Positions 20,665 to 30,924 are shown, counted from the stretch's first letter. The stretch is 64,000 nucleotides of DNA from an uncultured Actinomycetes bacterium (GCA_963835415.1 CAWIFZ010000002.1:21569-85568); one strand, 5' to 3'. The notes: generated by a model from the letters alone, not told the origin. Made by a program: numbers and translations.

Positions 20665-22100
20665 TTGGTAGAACTGATGCGCATGCCCGACCGCGTCCAC
20701 CCCACCGACGAGGAACGTGGCGACGCGCACCCGCTTCCCGTCAGTCGCCGCCGATTCCTCCAGCGCTCAGCTATGGCCGTGGCCGGCGGGGTGCTGTTCT
20801 CGTGCACCGGCGGACGCGTGATCCGTTCCGTCGCCCCGAGCACCACCACGTCGATCGACACCCAGTGGCCGATCAAGCAGGTCATCTACGTGATGATGGA
20901 GAACCGGAGCTTCGACAACCTCTTCGGCCGGTTCCCCGGTGTGAACGGGACGACCGTCGGCGTGAAGTCGGGTGAGGAGGTGGCGCTGATCAAGTGTCCC
21001 GACTGGCTGCCCGGGGATCTCCCGCACGATCGCGCGGCCGCGCTCAGCTGCTTGAACGGCGGGAAGCTCGACGGCTTCGCGCGGCGGAGCGTACGGCGAC
21101 CCGTGGTCGTACTCGCAGTTCCAGGAACAACAACTTCCCAACTACTGGCACTGGGCGCGGGAGTACGCGCTATCGGACAACTTCTACGCGTCGGCGCTCG
21201 GTCCGTCGTACCCGAACCACTTCTTCTTCATCGCCGGTCAGTCGGGCGGCGTGATCGACAATCCGGAGAACATCCTCACGCGTCCGGGCAAGGATGGCGA
21301 GAAACCGTTCAAGAGCTGGGGCTGCGACGCGCTCGGCGACGACGTCTTCGTGTTGGTGAAGGACGACAAAGGGAACCTGTCGAAGCACGATTCCTGCTTC
21401 AACTTCAAGACGGTCGGCCAGCAACTCACCGAGATCGGCGTCGATTGGCGCTTCTATTCGGCTGTCCCCGGGCAGGTGGGCTACTTCTGGAACGCGTACA
21501 ACGGGATCCACGACGTCTTCCACACCGATCTGTGGCACGAGCACGCGCAGAACCCGATCGATCGCCTGATCGACGACATCCAGGCGAACGCGCTCCCGGC
21601 CGTCACGTGGGTCACGCCGCAGTTCGAGCTGTCCGATCACCCGCCGGCGAGCTCGTCGTTCGCGCACAACTGGCTGACCGACGTCGTGAACGCCGTGATG
21701 AAGAGCGACATGTGGGATCAGACGGCGATCTTCATCACATGGGACGAGTGGGGCGGGTTCTACGACAGCGTGATGCCCCCCGTGGTGGACGAGGTGGGGC
21801 TCGGGCTTCCGTGTCCCGCTCTTGACGATCTCGCCGTACACGCGGCGCGGACTGATCGACGACGAGATGGGTGAGTTCTCCAGCCCGCTCCGATTCATCT
21901 CCGACAACTGGGGGCTCGACCCGCTCACGCCCCGGATCGCCAACACGCACAACTTCGAGCACGTCTTCGACTTCAGCGCTCCGCCGCGGCCGCCCGCGAT
22001 CGCGACCGCTCAGGCCAAGACGTACGGCGATCCGTTCGACTATCCGGATGACTACCCCGGCTGGCCGGAAGGTACCAACCCGGTCGAGGAACCCTTCTAG
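20665..22100 (+). CDS. Phospholipase C / phosphoesterase family protein (TAT-secreted); frame broken at ~21075 and ~21803
   Basis: TAT signal SRRRFLQRSAMAVAGG. Phosphoesterase motifs (VIYVMMENRSFDNLFG, NYWHWAREYALSDNFYAS, FITWDEWGGFYD, FRVPLLTISPYTRRG) run through three frames (ORFs 20665.., 21251.., 21822..). Confidence 0.7.
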
Positions 22101-22140
22101 TCTGGCTCAGCCCGGTTCGAGGTGTGCGCTCCGAAGCAGC

Positions 22141-24264
22141 CTACGGCCGGCGAGGGATCACGAGAGCATCGACCGCCACGCACCCGTCGGACGTGGCGAT
22201 CAGTGGATTGACGTCCACCGCGTCGAGCTGGTCGCCGAGATCCACTGCCATGACGGAGAGCCGCGAGACGGCACGCGCGATCGCGTCGACGTCCACGGCA
22301 GGCGCGCCGCGCACACCATCGAGCAGCGGCCGGATCCGGAGACGATCGATCAGCGCCCGCGCCCCGCGTGCGTCCACGGGCGGCAGTGCGAGCCGACGGT
22401 CGTGGAGGACCTCGACGAGGACGCCTCCGGCCGCCACCAGGACGAGCGCTCCGAACTGCGGGTCGCGCACGATGCCGAGCGCGACCTCCACGCCGGGAGG
22501 GGCCATCGGTGTCACCACCACGTGCGGACCGAGTCGGGACGCGATGTCCTCGTAGGCCGATCGGAGCGCGTCGGCGTCGGCGAGATCGAGCACCACCCCA
22601 CCGACGTCGGACTTGTGCTGCACGCCGGGCGCCATCGTCTTCATCGCGACCGGCCAGCCGACCTCGTCGGCCGCCGCCACGGCGCCGTCGACGCTCGCCG
22701 CCGCGCGCGCATCCGCGGCCGGAACGCCGTAGTCGGCCAGCAGCGCCAGCGCCTCGAGCTCGCTGAACTCGGCACCGGTCGCCAACCGTGCCCGCCACCG
22801 GTCGCGGACGTCGTCCGCGACCGGCTCCGGGGCGATCGCCGGTGACCGCTCGCGTCCCGTCCGGTACGCGAGCAGATGTCGCAGCGCGGTCAAGCCGGAC
22901 GCGGTTCCCTCGAGCACCGGGATACCGTCGTCGCGCACGAGCGCCGCCTCGTCGTTCGCGACGGCGCTCGCCAGGTTCGACACGATGCAGAACGGCTTCG
23001 TGGTCGAGTTGAACACCTCGCGCGCCACGTGGAGGTACCCGGCGTCGAACGGCTCGCCCTGCCGCGTCATGTCCACCACGAACGCGAGCGCGGCCACGTC
23101 GGGGTCGTCGTGCAGCGCGTGGAAGCATTCGATGAAGATGCGGTCGGCGTCGATGCCCGTCCCCCACGCGTCGAGGGGGTTCGCCGCCTCCAGCCCGGGA
23201 TCCAGCGCCTCCTGGATGCGCGCGGTCGTCGCCTCCGAGATCTGTCCGAACGGCACGCCGAGGTCGGCGGCGACGTCGACGAACAACACGCGCTCGCCTC
23301 CCGAGTCGTGGATCGACGCGATGCCGCCGCCGGTCGTGACGCGCCGAGGACTGGAGAACAGCTCCATCGCGTCGGCCATCTCGTCGAGCGTGGCCACGCG
23401 CACGACGCCATACGCCTCGAACAACGCCTCGTAGGCGCCGTCCTCGCCGGCGAGGGCGCCGGAATGCGCGGTCACCATCGACTTCGAGCGCTCGGTGCGC
23501 CCCACCTTCAACGCGATCACCGGCACGTCCGCATCGGCCGCGGAGGCCAGCGCGGCACGGAACGCGTCCGGACGCCGGATCGTCTCGATCAACAGCGCGA
23601 TCACGTGCGTGGACGATCTGGCGAGCGCGTACGACATGTAGTCGGCGACATCGGTGACCAGCTCCTGCCCGGACGAGACGATCACGTTGAAGCCGATGCC
23701 GCGGTCGTTGAACGCCAGGGCCGCGAACGCCGACCCGGAATGGCTGACGAGCGCCACGGGCCCGCGCCTGATGTGGTCGGGCGTGGCGAACCCGGTCGCA
23801 CGCAGGTCGGCGTCGAGGCTGAGGAACCCCATGCCGTTGCCGCCGCACATCGCGATGCCGGCGTCGCGCGCGATGGTCGCGACGCGCTCGGTGAGCGGCG
23901 GCATCCCGGGTCGCGGCGGCTCGGCCTCGTAGAGCGACGAGAACGTGACGGCAGATCGCGCCCCGGCCGCGACCGCGTCGCCCAGCGCCTGCTCGATCCG
24001 ATGGTTCGCGACGCCGAGGATCGCCAGGTCGACGGACCCGGGGACGTCGGCGATCGACGGATAGCACCGATGTCCCAGGACGTCGTCGTAGCCGGGGTTC
24101 ACCGGATAGATCGCGCCGTCGAAGCCTCCGCGGAGGAGCTCGAGCATCATCTGCTGCCCGAGCGAGCCCTCCTTGACGCTGGCACCGACGACGGCGACCG
24201 AACGCGCCTCGAGCATGCGCTCGAGCGCGGTCCGTTCGTCGGGGTCGCCGCTGGCTGCCGTCAC
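22141..24264 (-). CDS. ADP-forming acyl-CoA synthetase (CoA-binding + ATP-grasp, NDP-forming)
   Basis: 707 aa. N-terminal CoA-binding domain (VAVVGASVKEGSLGQ...YPVNP), succinyl-CoA-synthetase-like flavodoxin domain and ATP-grasp domain. Confidence 0.8.
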   Translation of the reverse strand: MTAASGDPDERTALERMLEARSVAVVGASVKEGSLGQQMMLELLRGGFDGAIYPVNPGYDDVLGHRCYPSIADVPGSVDLAILGVANHRIEQALGDAVAAGARSAVTFSSLYEAEPPRPGMPPLTERVATIARDAGIAMCGGNGMGFLSLDADLRATGFATPDHIRRGPVALVSHSGSAFAALAFNDRGIGFNVIVSSGQELVTDVADYMSYALARSSTHVIALLIETIRRPDAFRAALASAADADVPVIALKVGRTERSKSMVTAHSGALAGEDGAYEALFEAYGVVRVATLDEMADAMELFSSPRRVTTGGGIASIHDSGGERVLFVDVAADLGVPFGQISEATTARIQEALDPGLEAANPLDAWGTGIDADRIFIECFHALHDDPDVAALAFVVDMTRQGEPFDAGYLHVAREVFNSTTKPFCIVSNLASAVANDEAALVRDDGIPVLEGTASGLTALRHLLAYRTGRERSPAIAPEPVADDVRDRWRARLATGAEFSELEALALLADYGVPAADARAAASVDGAVAAADEVGWPVAMKTMAPGVQHKSDVGGVVLDLADADALRSAYEDIASRLGPHVVVTPMAPPGVEVALGIVRDPQFGALVLVAAGGVLVEVLHDRRLALPPVDARGARALIDRLRIRPLLDGVRGAPAVDVDAIARAVSRLSVMAVDLGDQLDAVDVNPLIATSDGCVAVDALVIPRRP

Positions 24265-24282
24265 CCGTTACTCGTTACCTGA

Positions 24283-25899
24283 TCACTTGTGGCCGACGGC
24301 CTTGTCCTTCTTCGCCATGTTGAAGGCCTGCCACCCGGGGATGCCGTTGACGCCGCCGCCGCCGTGCGTCGCGCAGGAGCCGTGGTACAGGCCCTTGATC
24401 GGGGTGCGGTAGTCGGCGTAGCCCGGCGCCGGGCGCATGTGGAACAGCTGATCCACGCTGAGCTCGCCGTGGAAGATGTTGCCTCCCAACAGACCCAGGT
24501 CCTGTTCCATGTCGTACGGCCCGATCACCTGGCGGTCGATCACCGCAGCCTTGAAGTTCGGCGCGAGCTCCGTGTACTTGTCGATGATCCGATCGGCGTA
24601 CTGCTCGAGCTCGTCGCGGTGGGGCTCCTTGTTCCAGTCGTCCGGCACCCACTGGCTGAACATGGAGAACACGTGCACCCCTTCGGGCGCGAGCTGCTTG
24701 TCGAGCGTGGTCGGGATCGTGCCGTCGACGAACGGCGCCACCGCGGCCTTGCGCTCGATGTGCGCGTCCTGGAACGCGCGCTCCGCGTACTGCGGGCTGA
24801 AGCAGAGCTCGACCGAACCGGTGTGGTGGTCCTGCTGGTTCTTCCCGGGGTTCGCGATGAAGTCCGGCAGCTCGGACAACGCCACGTTCACCTTGACGAC
24901 GCCGCTCCGGGTCTTCCACCGCTCGATGTCCCAGACGAAGTCGGCCGGCAGCTCGTGCCGCTCGATCAGATCGAGGAACGCGATCTGCGGGTGGATACAG
25001 CTCACGACGACCGGCGCGCGGAGCTCCTCACCGTTCTCGAGGGCCACACCGACCGCACGGCCGCCGCGCACCAGGATCTGCTTCACGCGCGCGTCGGTGC
25101 GGATCTCGGCGCCGAAGGACTCCGCCGAGCGACGGATCGCATCGGAGACGCCGCCCATCCCACCCTGCTGGAAGCCCCACGAGCCGAGGTGTCCGTCGCC
25201 CACGTCGCCGATCGAGTGGTGGAGCATCACGTACGCGGTGCCGGGTTCGTCCGGACCCGCCCACGTGCCGATCACCCCGTTCACGGTCAGCATCGCCTTG
25301 ATCGCGTCCGACTCGAACCAGTCGTCCAACAGGTCGCTCACGCTCATCGTGAACAGACGGGTCACGTCCGCGACGCCACGCGTGCCGAGCTTGCGCATCT
25401 TCCACGCGGACTGCGCGCTCGCCACCAGGTCGCCGATCGCGAGCGAGCCGAGCTTCGGCGGCACCTGGAGCAGCAGCGGACCGAGCACGTCGGCCACACC
25501 CTTCAGCCACGCCTCCCACTTCGGCAGGATCTCGGCGTCGTGCTTCGAGAACTGCGCGATGGAGTCGTAGCTCTTCTTCGCGTCGTCGGCGTAGACCGTG
25601 ATCGCGCGGCCGTCGGGGAACGCCTGGTAATACGGGCCGAACGGCGTGACGTCGTAGCCGTGCTGCTTGAGGTTCAGCTCGCGGATGATCGTGGGTGGCA
25701 TCAGGGACATGACGTACGAGTACGTCGTGACCTTGATCTCCGGGTGATCGGGGAACGGCGCGCTGGTATCCGCGGCGCCGCCGGTCTTGCCTCGTGCCTC
25801 GAGCACCACGGTCCGCGCCCCGGCGCGGGCGAAGTACGCCCCGCTCGTCAGCCCGTTGTGCCCCCCGCCGATGATGATCGCGTCGTAGACGTTCGCCAT
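24283..25899 (-). CDS. Phytoene-desaturase-family (CrtI-like) NAD(P)/FAD-dependent oxidoreductase, paralog 2
   Basis: ATG at 25899 after GAGGGGA. MANVYDAIIIGGGHNGLTSGAYFARAG. Collinear with 16705..18330 (~45% identity by eye). Confidence 0.8.
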   Translation of the reverse strand: MANVYDAIIIGGGHNGLTSGAYFARAGARTVVLEARGKTGGAADTSAPFPDHPEIKVTTYSYVMSLMPPTIIRELNLKQHGYDVTPFGPYYQAFPDGRAITVYADDAKKSYDSIAQFSKHDAEILPKWEAWLKGVADVLGPLLLQVPPKLGSLAIGDLVASAQSAWKMRKLGTRGVADVTRLFTMSVSDLLDDWFESDAIKAMLTVNGVIGTWAGPDEPGTAYVMLHHSIGDVGDGHLGSWGFQQGGMGGVSDAIRRSAESFGAEIRTDARVKQILVRGGRAVGVALENGEELRAPVVVSCIHPQIAFLDLIERHELPADFVWDIERWKTRSGVVKVNVALSELPDFIANPGKNQQDHHTGSVELCFSPQYAERAFQDAHIERKAAVAPFVDGTIPTTLDKQLAPEGVHVFSMFSQWVPDDWNKEPHRDELEQYADRIIDKYTELAPNFKAAVIDRQVIGPYDMEQDLGLLGGNIFHGELSVDQLFHMRPAPGYADYRTPIKGLYHGSCATHGGGGVNGIPGWQAFNMAKKDKAVGHK

Positions 25900-26119
25900 G
25901 CCGATCCGTTCCCCTCTGGCTCGTTGAACCCCGACTGGCACGCGCCGGTGTGGCGCGGATGGCAGATTATCCCCTGACTTTGAATCACCAGTCAACTCGA
26001 ACGCCGCTGCCTGCAGCTTTGACATCGCTGCTCAGGGGCGTACAGTCTCCTGAATCGTCATACAGATTCCAGGCGTGCACGGCCGCGTGGGCTGTACGCC
26101 GTTCAACACGGGAGCACGG

Positions 26120-26764
26120 ATGGGTCGCACACGACAGAAGCAGTCGAAGGACCGCCATCAGGAGATCTTGGAGGCGGCCGCCCGCGTCATCACCGATCGC
26201 GGGCTGGCCGAGACACGGATCTCCGACATCGCCGAACGGTGCGGGGTCTCGCCGGGTCTGATCCTGTACTACTTCGAGTCGAAGGACCGGCTGCTGGTCG
26301 AGGCGCTGACGTACGCGAACGACCAGTTCTATCTGCGCCTCTCGCGCGAGCTCCGCCGGATCACGTCCGCGCGGGAACAGCTGGACCGCCTGATCGAGCT
26401 CTCCGTCCCCGGCCTCCTGCCCGAGTACGAGCGCCTGGATGAATGGGCGCTCTGGATCGAGATCTGGGTGCGCGCGCTCCGTGACCCGGCGCTCGCGAAG
26501 GAGCGCGAGGCGCTCGACCGCCGGTGGCGCCAGTCGATCGCCGACATCATCCGCGAGGGACGCGAGGCCGGGGAGTTCCCGCCCGGCGTCGACGCCGACG
26601 ACCTGGGCCAGCAGATCGGAGCCATGATCGACGGGTTGGCGATCCAGGTCTTGATGAACGACACGGCGTTCACCCCCGTGCGGATGCGCGACGTCTGTCG
26701 CGACGTCGCGGCCAAGCTGATCGGCTTCGCGCTCGAGCCCGCACCGGCCGGCGCCACGGCGTAG
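26120..26764 (+). CDS. TetR-family transcriptional regulator
   Basis: HTH ...RISDIAERCGVSPGLILYYFESKDRLL. ATG at 26120. Divergent from the CrtI-like gene with a 220-bp spacer. Confidence 0.85.
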   Translation: MGRTRQKQSKDRHQEILEAAARVITDRGLAETRISDIAERCGVSPGLILYYFESKDRLLVEALTYANDQFYLRLSRELRRITSAREQLDRLIELSVPGLLPEYERLDEWALWIEIWVRALRDPALAKEREALDRRWRQSIADIIREGREAGEFPPGVDADDLGQQIGAMIDGLAIQVLMNDTAFTPVRMRDVCRDVAAKLIGFALEPAPAGATA

Positions 26765-26811
26765 CACCACCCCTGGGCGCATCGGGTCCCGACCCCCTAG
26801 CCTGTGCAGCC

Positions 26812-27811
26812 ATGGAACCGATCCCACTGATCCTGGACGTGGACACCGGCGTCGACGATGCGCTCGCGATCCTGTACGCCCTCGCGTCGCCCGAGGTGAC
26901 GTTGATCGGCGGCGACGACCGTGATGGGCAACGTCGACGTCGACCACACCACCGAGAACACGCTGGCCGTGCTCGAGCTCTGCGGCTACGCCGACGTGGA
27001 GGTCGCGAGAGGTGCCGGACGGCCGCTCGTCCGCGACCACATGGCGTTCCCGGTCGTGCACGGAGCGCGCGGTCTGGGCGAGGCCGAGCTGCCGCCCGCG
27101 TCGCGTGCGCCATCGGACCGCGACGCCGCGCGACTGTTGGTCGAGACGGCGCGCGAACGTCCCGGCGAGGTGCTGCTGGTCGCGACCGGCCCGCTCACGA
27201 ACGTCGCGCTGGCGCTCTCGGAGGAGCCGGCACTCCCCGACCTGCTCAAGGGGTTCGCCATCATGGGCGGCGCGTTCGACCACCAGGGCAACGTCACGCC
27301 GGCCGCCGAGGCGAACATCTGGGTCGATCCCGAGGCCGCACAGGCCGTGTTCCGCGGGTTCGCCGGCGCGCCGGAAGCGAAGCTCCCCGTGGGCGTGGGG
27401 CTCGACGTCACCGAGCGGGTGAAGCTCGACCGCGACGGCGTGAACGAGATGTGCGCCCCCGCGCCGGATTCGCCGCTCGCCGCGTTCCTGCAAGGATCCG
27501 TCCCGTTCTACATCGAGTTCTACGAGCGGTACGGATCGAGCGAAGGCGCGTCGATGCACGACCCGCTCGCGCTGGCGATCGCGATCGACCCGTCGCTCGC
27601 GACGTTGCAGACGACGCGCGTCGAGGTGGAGACCGACGGGACGTGGACGCGCGGCGCGACCGTGACCGACCTGCGCGGGATCCGTCGCAGCCCGTGGCCG
27701 ACGGGATGGATGCCCGAGGACAACGCGCGCGTGGCGATCGACGTGGACGCGCCCGCGTTCATGACGCGCTTCGTGGGCCGTCTCGCCGCGCTCGTCGAGG
27801 CATGCGCGTGA
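26812..27811 (+). CDS. Inosine-uridine preferring nucleoside hydrolase; frame broken at ~26906
   Basis: MEPIPLILDVDTGVDDALAI (DxDxxxDD motif) in one frame. It continues as ...TTVMGNVDVDHTTENTLAVLELCG in ORF 26921..27811. One extra G in atcggcggcgacgacc restores a continuous IUNH. Confidence 0.7.
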
Positions 27812-27821
27812 GGCGGGTCGG

Positions 27822-28757
27822 ATGAGGGTCGAGGGGGCGCCGATCGTCGCCGTCCTCGGCGCGATCAACGTCGACGTCGTCGTCTCCGGTGCCCCGCTGC
27901 CCGGTCCCGGGACAGACCGTCACCGGCGGGGACTTCGCGCAACATCACGGCGGCAAGGGTGGGAATCAGGCGGTCGCGACCGCACGGGCCCTCTCGATCG
28001 CGCAACATGCGCATGTTCCACCGAGAAGGCGAGCCCCGGACGGGCGTGTGGATGCTCGGCGCGGTCGGCGATGACGATTGGGCTGCGCGGCGCTGGAGGC
28101 ACTCAGCGCGAACGACGTCCAGATCGCACACGTCGTGAGCACACCGAGACGCTCCGACCGGGGTCGCACTCATCGCGGTCGGCGTAGACGGCGAGAACCA
28201 GATCTCGGTCGCACCGGGCGCGAACGCGGTCGCTCGAGCCCAGCGACGTCGTCGGCGCGCTCGAGACGCTGGAGCCGCACGTCGCTGCTCGTGAGCCTCG
28301 AGGTGTCCGAGCGGACGGTGCGAGCCGCGCTGCAGTGGGCACGCGACCACGACGTGACGACGATCCTCAACCCCGCGCCGCCGCAGCCGTGGGCGAACGA
28401 TCTGCTCGGGCTCGCGACGTACGTCACCCCCAACGAGCACGAGCGTTCGACGCTCGGCGCAATCCCAGAGGGTGTCGTCGTCGTCGAGACACGCGGTCCC
28501 GAGGGTGCGGTGATCCACCGGCCCGACGGGTCACGGAGGAGCGTCCGCGCTCCAAGCGTCCCGGTTGTCGACACGACCGGCGCGGGCGACTGCTTCAACG
28601 GCGTGCTCGCCGCCGGTCTCGCGTGGGCACCGAACTCTCTGCAGCCGTCCGCGACGCGGTCATGGCCGCCTCCCTCTCCGTCGGCACCGCCGGCGCCCGC
28701 GAGGGCATGCCCGACATCCAAACGATCTCGGAGGCGCGGGAGCGGTTCGGAAGCTAA
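27822..28757 (+). pseudogene. Ribokinase / PfkB-family sugar kinase, fragmented across at least 4 frame changes
   Basis: Ribokinase pieces lie in different frames: IVAVLGAINVDVVVSGAPLPGPG, TVTGGDFAQHHGGKGGNQAVA, AVGDDDW, ALEALSANDVQIAHVVSTP, GVALIAVGVDGENQISVAPGANA, DVTTILNPAP, VVDTTGAGDCFNGVLAAGLA and the C-terminus ...AVMAASLSVGTAGAREGMPDIQTISEARERFGS. One junction (gattgggctg) is a G3/G4 homopolymer. Confidence 0.6.
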
Positions 28758-29632
28758 GACGCGAGCGTCGCGCTGAACGCGTCGACCAGCGCACGCCCGT
28801 AGACGTCCCCGGGATCCTTCTCCGGGTTGTAGCAACCGATCGACACGCCGATGAGCGCCGGGGACCCGACCAAGGGCCGCATCAACGCGACGAGCTCATC
28901 CATATCGAGCCCGTCGGGCATCAGGTAGTCGGTGGCCGGGAACTCGTCCTCGCCCAGGATGTCCACGTCCAGGTGCATCCAGAACCGGCCGGCCCCCGAT
29001 GCGAGATCCGCCGCGACACGCTCGCCGACGGCCGCCGGCCCCTCCGTCTGGACCTCGTCCTTCGAGATGGGACGGAACGCCGGCCCGAGCTCGGGTGCGA
29101 TCTGTTCAAGCGTCGGCACCTCGTCCGGATCGCGGAAGCCGATCGGCACCACATCCTCGACCCGCGACGTCGCGCCGCCGCATACCTCCACCCACGCCGC
29201 AGGGCCGCGGCCGAGCGCCACCGACAGCGGCATGTCCGCCGCCTCACCGGTCGGCGACGTGACGCCGTCCGACAGATCGAGGTGCCCGTCGAGGTACGCG
29301 ACCGCGGTGCGCCCGAGGACGTCGCGAGCCGCCGCCAGTGCGCCCGGCAGCACGGTGCAGCAGCCGCCGACCAGGAACGGACGTTCGCCCGACGTGAGCG
29401 CCGCAGCCGTCGCCTGCCGGATCGCGGTGGTCGTCGTCAACACGTCGGCGCTGCCGAGGATGCCGGTCACCGGATCCCGAACCTCGCCGCGGATCCGGAC
29501 GTCCAGATCGCCGGCGTCCGCCTCGCAGAGGTCGGCCAACCCGAGCGCGCGCAACTTCGCCGGACCGTGCTCGGTGCCGCCGGCGCGCCCGACGGAGTCG
29601 ATCGGCACGCCGAGGAACGTGAGGTCGGTCAT
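28754..29632 (-). CDS. Arginase/agmatinase/formiminoglutamase-family ureohydrolase
   Basis: Binuclear-Mn motifs (...YLDGHLDL..., ...MHLDVDIL..., SIGCYNPEKD). Begins 10 nt after the Rieske oxygenase stop. Confidence 0.75.
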   Translation of the reverse strand: MTDLTFLGVPIDSVGRAGGTEHGPAKLRALGLADLCEADAGDLDVRIRGEVRDPVTGILGSADVLTTTTAIRQATAAALTSGERPFLVGGCCTVLPGALAAARDVLGRTAVAYLDGHLDLSDGVTSPTGEAADMPLSVALGRGPAAWVEVCGGATSRVEDVVPIGFRDPDEVPTLEQIAPELGPAFRPISKDEVQTEGPAAVGERVAADLASGAGRFWMHLDVDILGEDEFPATDYLMPDGLDMDELVALMRPLVGSPALIGVSIGCYNPEKDPGDVYGRALVDAFSATLAS

Positions 29633-29642
29633 CGCGGTCCGG

Positions 29643-30803
29643 CTAGCCTTCGAGCGCGCGACCCATGGCCAGCCGGTACTCCTCGTTGAACCAGTAGAGG
29701 AACCGGTCCTGGCGCGGGTAGATGCCGGTGGTGAACGCCCGCGAACCGACGCCCGTCTGCGCGCGCTGGCAGACCTCCCAGTCCTGGCGCGAGATCAGGT
29801 CCCAGAGCTCGATCACCGGCTCCGGCTTGAAGTTCGGACCGTCGATCGTCTCCGGGCGGAACAGGAACTCGCTTACCACGGTGGTGTGGTTCGGACCTTT
29901 CGGGTACGCGATGTAGTACATGCCGCAGTCGGGATGCAGGTTCAACATGAGGTTCGGGAACTCGTACGAGCCGTAGTACATCTCGTAGTCCTCGGGCTGC
30001 AGGCCCGGCAGCTTGGGGAGCTCCGACGTCCCACTGATCGTGAAGCTCGTGGCGCCATCCACCATGCGGTTGCCGTCGTCGCGGATCTCCTCGTCCCACA
30101 CCTCGCCGAAGCGGAAGAGCGGCACGACCTGCACGAGCTCCGGATGGATCTGCGGGCAGTGAAGGCACTCGTTGTAGTTCTCGACCACGATCTTCCAGTT
30201 GGCATCGACCTCGTAGACGATCCGCGCGCCGATCCGCAGCTCGTCCATCTTGAACCGCTCGAACACCGTGATGGATTCGGCGCCGTCGGTGAGCGCCTCC
30301 AGCAACGGACGGGGCTCGCCGGAGAGGTTCACGAACAGGAACCCCGCGTAGCTGTCGATCGTGACGCTGTGCAACGGATACGCGGAACGGTCGAAGAGCT
30401 CGTCCTCTTTGACGTTCGGCGTGCCGATCAGCCGGCCCGCAAGGTCGTACGTCCATGCGTGGTACGGACAGACGAACGCCTTCCGAACGTTCCCCGTCCC
30501 TTCGATGTCGTCGACGAACTTCGTGCCGCGATGGCTGCACACGTTGTAGAACCCGTGCAGCTCGCCCGCCTGATCCCTGGTGATGAGGACGGATTCGCCG
30601 GCGATGTCGCGAACGATGTAGTCACCGGCGCCGGCGACCTCCTCGGCGCGGCCGGCACATACCCAGTCGCCCCACCAGATCTTCTCGCGCTCCTGTTGGT
30701 AGACCTCCATGCTCGTGTAATCGTCGCCGCCGAGCGTGGGCCTCGGCCTCCAGGGCTCGCGGTCGTTCCGCAGGTGCTCGAGTCGACTGCGATCGGTCTG
30801 CAT
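29643..30803 (-). CDS. Rieske [2Fe-2S] non-haem-iron oxygenase alpha subunit (GbcA/CntA/stachydrine-demethylase-like)
   Basis: ATG at 30803 after ACGAGGAG. Rieske motif CSHRG...CPYHAW. Mononuclear-iron domain with ENYNECLHCPQIHPE. No reductase gene adjacent. Confidence 0.8.
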   Translation of the reverse strand: MQTDRSRLEHLRNDREPWRPRPTLGGDDYTSMEVYQQEREKIWWGDWVCAGRAEEVAGAGDYIVRDIAGESVLITRDQAGELHGFYNVCSHRGTKFVDDIEGTGNVRKAFVCPYHAWTYDLAGRLIGTPNVKEDELFDRSAYPLHSVTIDSYAGFLFVNLSGEPRPLLEALTDGAESITVFERFKMDELRIGARIVYEVDANWKIVVENYNECLHCPQIHPELVQVVPLFRFGEVWDEEIRDDGNRMVDGATSFTISGTSELPKLPGLQPEDYEMYYGSYEFPNLMLNLHPDCGMYYIAYPKGPNHTTVVSEFLFRPETIDGPNFKPEPVIELWDLISRQDWEVCQRAQTGVGSRAFTTGIYPRQDRFLYWFNEEYRLAMGRALEG

Positions 30804-30924
30804 GACTGACAACTCCTCGTGCGGGTGGTGCAAGGATACGGCCGGCGCGACCCGGGCCGGTAGCCGGAGGCTCCGCTTCCCTGGCGACGACCCTCGATAT
30901 CCGCGCCGGCGACGCGGAGGCGTG

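Noticed and set aside
20665-22100. Programmed ribosomal frameshifting to explain the split ORFs
   Set aside because: Breaks occur in a dozen unrelated genes at G/C homopolymers without slippery heptamers or downstream structures. Random indel error or decay is far more parsimonious.
22097-24067. 656-aa minus ORF in an alternative frame over the acyl-CoA synthetase
   Set aside because: Same strand but wrong frame relative to the 707-aa ORF that carries CoA-binding and ATP-grasp motifs. Extremely Arg-rich.
25985-30809. Long antisense ORFs 25985..27868 (-) and 28932..30809 (+)
   Set aside because: Antisense to TetR/IUNH and to the ureohydrolase/Rieske oxygenase respectively. No domains and biased composition.
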